A DNA stretch of 64,000 bases from a bacterium (GTDB taxonomy: Bacteria; UBA8248): NCBI GenBank assembly GCA_965213625.1, contig CBDBZU010000004.1, positions 3,488,001 to 3,552,000 of the forward strand, read 5' to 3'. Of the stretch, positions 57,955 through 64,000 are shown in pieces. A program made the position numbers and the translations under genes. Under the pieces are notes generated by a model, which saw nothing but the letters and a program-made list of their open reading frames with translations, did not search any database and had not been told where the DNA came from. How positions within the stretch are numbered: the first letter of the stretch is position 1; each line of letters starts with the position of its first letter.

Positions 57955-59983
57955 TTGCGCCAGGCTAAGCCCTGGAGAGGAGGACGCCATGACCTGAAAC
58001 CTCTCGTAGCGACCCAGCGGGTTCGACTCCCGTCCGGCAAAGGCGCAGCCAGCCAGCCGGAAGCGAGTCTTGCATGGCGTGTGGCAACGCGCGTCGTGAA
58101 GCGTAGACAGCAGGTGACGAAGCGGTGGGGTAAGCCTCGAAATCGGTGAATCGACGACGCCTTCATTGTTAATCGTGTGGGGGAGCACCGGAAGCGCCGC
58201 TATCGGCGAGGCGCAACGGGTCGTCCGGGGTCGTGGACCGGCGCAAAGTCACGGGGATGGGTCGCCAGGGAACCTGGGAGATCCTGCTCTTGCCCGTGGG
58301 CAAGAACGCTGGAAAGGGGACGGCCAGCGTGAACAATCCAGACCCCGGCCCGACGCCGGCCCTGCACGGCTACGGGAGCGCCCCATGGCGGACACGAACC
58401 CCGGCAGGCGCCCGCGGAACCGGCTGGCGAAAACAATAAGCCGAAGGAGATGCGAGAGCAGGAAGTCGTAGCGCCCTGATAGTACCGCTGAAGGCGGGGA
58501 ACCGCGGCCACCGGGACCCGCTGGAGGGAAGCGGGGCGTCATCTGTACAGAGCCACTGATGGGAAACGTTGGAGGAAACTCTGAGTTCCACGAACACGTA
58601 CACGAAACAGCAGTGGATAGCCGAACAGGCGAGGGAGCATCCGGAACGGGTGTTCACGTCCCTGCACCACCTCATCGACGGCGAGTGGATGCGCGAAGCG
58701 TATCGCCGCACGCGCAAGGATGGGGCGAGGGGTATCGACGGCGTGAGCGCCGCCGACTACGAGAAGGACCTGGAGGTGAATCTTGACGACCTCCTGAGCC
58801 GGATGAAGTCGGGTCGATACTTTGCGCCGCCGGTGCGTCGGCACTACATCCCGAAGGCGGACGGCACGAAACGACCGCTCGGCATTCCGACGTTTGAAGA
58901 CAAGGTGGCGCAGCGGGCAATCCTGATGCTGCTGGAGCCAATCTACGAGACGGACTTCCTGACGTGCTCGTACGGCTTCCGGCCCGGACGGTCGGCTCAC
59001 GATGCCCTGGACGCACTTCGCACGGGCATCATCGAGCAGCGCCAGCGGTGGGTGATTGACGCCGATATCTCGAAGTACTTCGACTCGATATCGCACACCC
59101 ACCTGCGGTCATTCCTCGACCTGCGGATCAAGGACGGCGTCGTAAGGCGCATGATAGACAAATGGCTGAAAGCTGGGGTTCTCGAAGAGGGCACCGTGCA
59201 CAGGCCGGTCAGCGGCACTCCCCAGGGTGGGGTAATCTTGCCAATGCTTTCCAACATCTTCCTGCACCACGTGCTGGATAAGTGGTTCGAGGAAGTGGCG
59301 AGGCCGCGCTTGCGCGGAAACTGCCAACTGGTGCGATTCGCCGACGACTTTGTCGTCGCCCTGGAAGACCGTCACAGCGGCAAGCGACTGCTTGACGTGC
59401 TGGACAAACGTCTCGGCCGATACGGACTCACACTCCATGAGGCCAAGACGCTCTATGTGGACTTCCGCCGGAGGCGTCCCTACGGGCGTCACTGGATGGC
59501 GTCGGCCACGACGTTCGACTTCCTCGGCTTCACCCACGTCTGGGGGCGGTCGATGCAAGGAAAGGACGTCGTCCGCCAAATTACGGCGAAAGGCCGCTTC
59601 GCCCGCGCGCTGAAATCGGTGCACGAATGGTGCAAGAGAAACCGGCACCTGCCGATTAAGGCGCAGCATGACTATCTCGTCCGGGCGATACGAGGCCACT
59701 GCGCATATTACGGTCTGAGGGGGAACGGCAAACGTCTTCGGTGGTTCCGCTACCAGGTGGCTCGCTCGTGGCGGAAGTGGCTTGCGCGCCGCAACCGCCT
59801 GCGCCGGATGAACTGGGACCGGATGAACGCGCTCCTCATGCGATATCCCCTTCCATATGTCTCTTACGCGCGCTCACGGCAAAGCTTCTTGAGTGAACCT
59901 GTCAGGTGAGGTACCGAGTGCGTCAATCGCGCACGCTCGGGTCTGTGGGGGGCGGGGAGTAGAAATGCCCCCGCCTACCCGGC
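57955..59983 (+). ncRNA. Group II intron ribozyme
   Basis: 5' TTGCGCCAGG; GGGAACCTGGGAG and GATAGTACCGCTGAAGGCGGGGAAC...GGAGGGAAG domain motifs; domain V/VI GTACCGAGTGCG...GCACGCTCGGGTCTGTGGGGGG...CCTACCCGGC. The 3' boundary is approximate. Confidence 0.82.
58569..59909 (+). CDS. ltrA: Group II intron reverse transcriptase/maturase without endonuclease domain
   Basis: GIDG, IPKADGTKRPLGIPT, SYGFRPGRSAHDA, DADISKYFD, GTPQGG, RFADD, FDFLGF, X domain RGHCAYY. Confidence 0.93.
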   Translation: MEETLSSTNTYTKQQWIAEQAREHPERVFTSLHHLIDGEWMREAYRRTRKDGARGIDGVSAADYEKDLEVNLDDLLSRMKSGRYFAPPVRRHYIPKADGTKRPLGIPTFEDKVAQRAILMLLEPIYETDFLTCSYGFRPGRSAHDALDALRTGIIEQRQRWVIDADISKYFDSISHTHLRSFLDLRIKDGVVRRMIDKWLKAGVLEEGTVHRPVSGTPQGGVILPMLSNIFLHHVLDKWFEEVARPRLRGNCQLVRFADDFVVALEDRHSGKRLLDVLDKRLGRYGLTLHEAKTLYVDFRRRRPYGRHWMASATTFDFLGFTHVWGRSMQGKDVVRQITAKGRFARALKSVHEWCKRNRHLPIKAQHDYLVRAIRGHCAYYGLRGNGKRLRWFRYQVARSWRKWLARRNRLRRMNWDRMNALLMRYPLPYVSYARSRQSFLSEPVR

Positions 59984-60431
59984 CCATCCGCGTTCGACAG
60001 TATCCCGCCAGGGTGCGCTGTCGTTATAATGAATCTGCTTGCGGCATGATTACATTTGTTTTAATAAATATGCAACTGATTCAAAAACAATAACTTAATT
60101 TTAATATTCTGGATATATCGATAAAATTAGATAAATTCACGGGGTATTTCGGTAAATAACTGCAAATTGTTTTCATGGGAAATGACGCATCGGAACCGCG
60201 ACGCAGGGGAATTCTGCCACGGTTCGCCAGTTTTGCAGTGACGGCAAATACGGGGAGTTGCGGGGCGGAATGCTCCCGGATACGCGAGCCTCGCGGGCCG
60301 TTGGGATTCGGAACCGGAGGAACCGGCGGTGATCACACGGGGGGTTCGGGTGGCTCTACAAAGAGCGAAGCAAGTGAGATGTAATATCAACTATAAATCA
60401 TAACTATATGAAATATAACGTAGTATCATTT

Positions 60432-61307
60432 TTATTTCGATGCGGAATTCACCAGATATATACCGGCCGATATCAAAACCGCGCCGCCGAGCATGAGCTG
60501 CGTGAGGGGTTCGGCGAGCAGCAGGGCGCCCGTCAGGACCCCGAACACGGGTGTCAGGAACATGAAAACGCCCACGCGGCTCGCCGGGTAGTCCGTCAGC
60601 AGCCAAAGCCAGGGGATCATGGCCAGCCCCGTGCCGATGAGGCCGCTGTAGCCCACGCCCGTAAGGACGTTTGTATCGGTGAGGTCGGGCCAGGCCTCGC
60701 CCAGAAACGAGGCGACGATAAAGAACGGGATCACGGCCAGAAGCTGCGTCCAGGCGGTGATTCTGAAGGCGTCGAAGCTCCTGAGCCTCATCTTCAAGAA
60801 TATCGACTGCACCGCCCATACCACGGCCGCCAGGACGACGACGGCGTCCCCGTACCAGGTGGAGCCGCCCGCCGAGGAGAGCCTGTCGCCGAAGAGTAAC
60901 ACCATGCCCAGGCTCGCGGCGATGAAGCCTGAAACCGCGCGTACGCCCACTCTCTCGTGGGGGAGAATCCACGCCGCCAGCGCCGTCAGCAACAAGGGCT
61001 GGGAGTAGAGGAACAGCGAGGCGCGCCCGGCTGTGGTGTTGTCCACGCCGTGATAATAGGTGATGAACATCAAGTTGTGCAGGCAGGCGTTGATCCAGAA
61101 ATCGCGACTCTCCCCCCTCCAGCTTGGGCGCGGCGGCAAAACCGGCATTTTTCGAATGAGCATGATCAAAATAACGCTCGACGCCGAAATGATGCCCCTC
61201 AGCCATAAAAACGTGAAAGGCTCCACGCCGCGCAGACCTATCTTAGCCGCGGGAAAGCTCAGGCCCCACAGAAAGGTGACGGTGAAAATCAAAACGAAAA
61301 ATCGCAA
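60432..61307 (-). CDS. DMT/EamA-family transporter
   Basis: LWGLSFPAAKIGL, two EamA repeats, about ten TM helices. Confidence 0.9.
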   Translation of the reverse strand: MRFFVLIFTVTFLWGLSFPAAKIGLRGVEPFTFLWLRGIISASSVILIMLIRKMPVLPPRPSWRGESRDFWINACLHNLMFITYYHGVDNTTAGRASLFLYSQPLLLTALAAWILPHERVGVRAVSGFIAASLGMVLLFGDRLSSAGGSTWYGDAVVVLAAVVWAVQSIFLKMRLRSFDAFRITAWTQLLAVIPFFIVASFLGEAWPDLTDTNVLTGVGYSGLIGTGLAMIPWLWLLTDYPASRVGVFMFLTPVFGVLTGALLLAEPLTQLMLGGAVLISAGIYLVNSASK

Positions 61308-61383
61308 TTCCTGCCTATCCTTTCAGCGAATCCGCACAATTTCAGGAATCACACGGCGGGTGAAATCCGGGGAAAGCACATCT

Positions 61384-62004
61384 TCAGCTATCGGACTCAT
61401 TTTTCTTGGGAAACGGCTCCAAATCTTTCAAATCTACTTTCTGCTCGAGTTCGTCGTGGCAGGCGTCACAACGCGGCTGCGCCGTGGCCGCCACCATGAA
61501 CCCTTTTTCCCTCTCCCCACCGAGGCGGTGGCCGTTGTGGCACTGTACGCAGCCCGCCTTGAGCTCCGCGTGGTCCGAGATGGCGTGAAACGCGTCGTCG
61601 GCCAGCTCCAGGAGACGCTCCTCGTCGTGACACTTCACGCAGTCCTTATCGAGAATGGGGTGGAAAACGCGCGAGGGCTGTTCATAATCACCAATAATGA
61701 ACTTGTAGAGGTCCTTGTTCGCGAGAATCGTCGTGCGGATCATCCCCGTAATGCCCTCTTCCCCATGACAGGATATGCACCTCACCTCGCCAGCACTCTT
61801 ATGCCACCCGCCCAGCGTCTTGACCTTGTTCTTGGCGCGTGCGCCATCGTCGAGATAATCCTGGTGATCCTGAAGATGGCAGACCGTACAAAACGGATCG
61901 TAGGACTCCACTGCTCGTATCCCGTAAAGACTGCCGACCCCGAGCAAAGGGGACAGTAAGACGAGCAGAATCAACCACCACCATCGTCTCCGGGAGCTTC
62001 GCAT
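61384..62004 (-). CDS. Membrane-anchored pentaheme cytochrome c (NapC/NirT-like N-terminus)
   Basis: N-terminal TM helix; CTVCH, CISCH, CVKCH, CVQCH, CDACH. Confidence 0.85.
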   Translation of the reverse strand: MRSSRRRWWWLILLVLLSPLLGVGSLYGIRAVESYDPFCTVCHLQDHQDYLDDGARAKNKVKTLGGWHKSAGEVRCISCHGEEGITGMIRTTILANKDLYKFIIGDYEQPSRVFHPILDKDCVKCHDEERLLELADDAFHAISDHAELKAGCVQCHNGHRLGGEREKGFMVAATAQPRCDACHDELEQKVDLKDLEPFPKKNESDS

Positions 62005-62141
62005 TCAGGTTCTCCTCGGCGCAAGCATGGCGCAACCTGCACCCTGCGTTCGGCAGGATAAAATAACCGCCACAGATTCTTTCTCTTCCTCATTATAGCG
62101 CGATTTGCTAGGATGGTTCTCAGTGATGGGAGGTTGATTAG

Positions 62142-62504
62142 ATGGCCAGAACAAGATTCAGCGCGAACAGACGCCGCCCGGGGAGAAGAAGCGCTCCCAA
62201 GCCGGCCACCCCTACCGGAGAAAGCGCAAAACAGATAGCCGCGCGCCTGAAGTCCTCGGCGAGCATAGGGAAGAGCGCGCAGGATTACAGGCGCAAGTCG
62301 CTCGATATTCACGGCTGGTTCTGCGCGAAATGCGGTCGGGATTTCGATGAAAACAACCTCCACATCCTGACGGTCCACCACCGGGACGGCGACCACAAGA
62401 ACAATCCGCCCGACGGCAGTAACTGGGAGAATCTGTGCGTGGATTGCCATGAGGACGAACACTCCCGTGACATGCTGGGTCGCTATCTGAGCGATGACCG
62501 TTAA
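62142..62504 (+). CDS. yajD: YajD-family HNH nuclease
   Basis: CAKCGRDF, LTVHHRDGDHKNNPPDGSNWENLCVDCHEDEHSR. Confidence 0.88.
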   Translation: MARTRFSANRRRPGRRSAPKPATPTGESAKQIAARLKSSASIGKSAQDYRRKSLDIHGWFCAKCGRDFDENNLHILTVHHRDGDHKNNPPDGSNWENLCVDCHEDEHSRDMLGRYLSDDR

Positions 62505-62531
62505 AATCCTCGATCAAACACGTTCAACGTC

Positions 62532-63821
62532 ATGATACTTTCGGTCAAACCATCCATCGCCAAAGGGACCACTGGTGTTCCCGGTTCGAAATCCCACTCC
62601 ATCCGCGCCGTCGCATTCGCATCCCTGGCGTCAGGAAAAAGCGCGATTCTAAACCCCCTCGATTCTGCGGACGGCCTCTCCGCGGCGAGCGTCTACGGCA
62701 ACTTCGGCGCCGAGATCCACAAGGAGAAAGAGCTCTGGGCGGTGCATGGATTCGGCGCTCGACCCAATGCCCCACAAGGGGTCCTCAACGTGGGAAATTC
62801 GGGGACTACCTGCCGGATGGCGCTCGGCACCGCCGCCCTCATGCGGGAGGGCGAAGCGCGCTTCGACGGCGATTCCCAGACCAGAAAACGGCCGATGGGG
62901 CCGCTGCTAGATGCGCTCTCGAATCTGGGCGCAACGGCGCAATCGAGTAATAACGGAAATCTGCCCGTCACGGTAGGCGGCCCTTGGCGCGGCGGCAGGA
63001 CGAAAGTCGACGGCACGACCAGCCAGTTCACGTCCTCCCTGCTCTTGAACGCGCCTTTCGGCGAGGAGACGACCACAATCGAGCCGATAGAACTGAACGA
63101 GCGTCCCTACGTAGAGATGACGCTGTGGTGGCTGGATCGCCTGGGACTAAAATACGAGCGCGATGAATACCGCAGCTTTACCGTTCCGGGCGGACAGGCG
63201 CTCTCGGGATTCGAAGTAACAGTACCCGCCGATTGGAGTTCCGCCGCTTTTCTGGTGGCCGCAGGCGCGCTGCCGGGCGGCGACGTGACGCTCGAGGGTC
63301 TGGACCTCGACGACTCGCAGGGCGACAAGGAAATTCTCCAGTTCGCCGAAGCCATGGGGGCCGAGGTTTTCGTATCCGAGGAAAACATCCGAATCCGCTC
63401 AAAGGCGCTGCGCGGAGGAGAATTCGACTTGAACGCCACACCCGACCTGCTTCCCGTCATGGCCGTGCTCGCCGCGTTCGCAGACGGGGAGACCAGGCTC
63501 GTCAACACGCCCCAGGCTCGCATCAAGGAGACCGATAGAATCGCCGCCATGCGCGAAGTCATCGAAACGCTGGGCGGCCAAGCGAGCGAACTGGCGGACG
63601 GTATCATCATCCAGGGCGGCGGACTCAAAGGCGGAGCCGTTCACGGTTTTGGCGATCACCGCATCGTCATGTCCGCCGCCATTGCCGGACTCGCCGCGTC
63701 AGAGGGGGTATCGGTCGACACGGCGGAGGCGATGGCGGTAACATTCCCTAATTTTTGCGAACGCATGGCGTCAATTGGCGCGGACATGGAAACGAGGGAT
63801 TCACCCGATGCCGATATATGA
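62532..63821 (+). CDS. aroA: 3-phosphoshikimate 1-carboxyvinyltransferase (EPSP synthase)
   Basis: PGSKSHSIR, GNSGTT, RPM, SQFTSSLL, RIKETDRI, DHRIVM. Confidence 0.96.
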   Translation: MILSVKPSIAKGTTGVPGSKSHSIRAVAFASLASGKSAILNPLDSADGLSAASVYGNFGAEIHKEKELWAVHGFGARPNAPQGVLNVGNSGTTCRMALGTAALMREGEARFDGDSQTRKRPMGPLLDALSNLGATAQSSNNGNLPVTVGGPWRGGRTKVDGTTSQFTSSLLLNAPFGEETTTIEPIELNERPYVEMTLWWLDRLGLKYERDEYRSFTVPGGQALSGFEVTVPADWSSAAFLVAAGALPGGDVTLEGLDLDDSQGDKEILQFAEAMGAEVFVSEENIRIRSKALRGGEFDLNATPDLLPVMAVLAAFADGETRLVNTPQARIKETDRIAAMREVIETLGGQASELADGIIIQGGGLKGGAVHGFGDHRIVMSAAIAGLAASEGVSVDTAEAMAVTFPNFCERMASIGADMETRDSPDADI

Positions 63822-64000
63822 ATACGAATGCAGGGAGTGCGGCTTCATCTCCGGCCACCTGGTCATGAAGCCTTCAGACAGGAGAAAACTCACCTGCCGC
63901 TCCTGCGGGAATAAAAAACTGAGAAAAATAATGTCGCGCTTCTCCTCGCATCAGACCGAAGCACAGCGACTCGATTCCTTCGATCCCTCGAAGCCGCAGG
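63808..64000 (+). CDS. FmdB-family zinc-ribbon protein, 3' partial
   Basis: MPIYEYECRECG...CRSCGNKKLRKIMS; overlaps the aroA stop. Confidence 0.85.
   Translation, partial: MPIYEYECRECGFISGHLVMKPSDRRKLTCRSCGNKKLRKIMSRFSSHQTEAQRLDSFDPSKPQ

Larger units (their letters stand above)
57833..59984. mobile_element. Miniature IS66-like element (~123 bp without the intron) interrupted by a group II intron
   Basis: Left end GTAAGCATTCGGTTACGCGGTG; after removing the intron the right end reads GTAACCATTCGGTCGTGGGGTG on the minus strand (17/22 match). GTAA termini are typical of IS66. No target duplication found. Confidence 0.6.

Noticed and set aside
58010-58035. tRNA-like GGGTTCGACTCCC T-arm
   Set aside because: No acceptor, D or anticodon arms; it lies within domain I of the intron.
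58569-59909. RT as a retron, DGR or defence RT
   Set aside because: It has a maturase X domain and flanking ribozyme domains V/VI; no TR/VR pair or msr-msd was seen.
60175-60384. GC-rich island between AT-rich tracts at the island boundary, possible ncRNA
   Set aside because: No tRNA, tmRNA or 6S features recognisable by eye; an Rfam scan would be needed.
62142-62504. HNH nuclease as a defence or homing enzyme
   Set aside because: It fits the widespread YajD family and lies among housekeeping genes.

Overview
About 60 kb of accessory, mobile DNA ending in ordinary chromosomal genes (EamA transporter, pentaheme cytochrome c, YajD, aroA, FmdB-type zinc ribbon). The gene content (Calx-beta autotransporter, TbpB-like lipoprotein, srp-type RiPP cluster) suggests a marine sponge symbiont; this is inference. 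1-10.9 kb is a defence-like block: RecQ-UvrD fusion helicase, HelD-like helicase with an inserted nuclease-like domain, AbiEi/AbiEii and an OLD-ATPase remnant. 10.9-33 kb is a decayed integrative element with three tyrosine integrases and a ~2.6 kb inverted duplication (ssb, structured non-coding DNA with compensatory base changes, DUF4326, DUF2493/SLOG) around a large adhesin preceded by an (AGCCG)11 tract, followed by a second HelD-like paralog. 36.2-57.4 kb holds two inverted IS5/IS1182-like copies bracketing a nine-gene proteusin/NHLP RiPP cluster: precursor core LCCCW, YcaO, flavin halogenase, NHLP ABC export, and three unexplained enzymes (an NHLP-leader-fused terpene-cyclase-like protein, an AlkB-GlnE fusion and a possible prenyltransferase). 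The right IS has a cargo-carrying IS1595 (Panacea antitoxin plus membrane protein) inserted in its terminal repeat. A group II intron sits one base from the end of a miniature IS66-like element. All family assignments come from motif recognition by eye; no searches were run.
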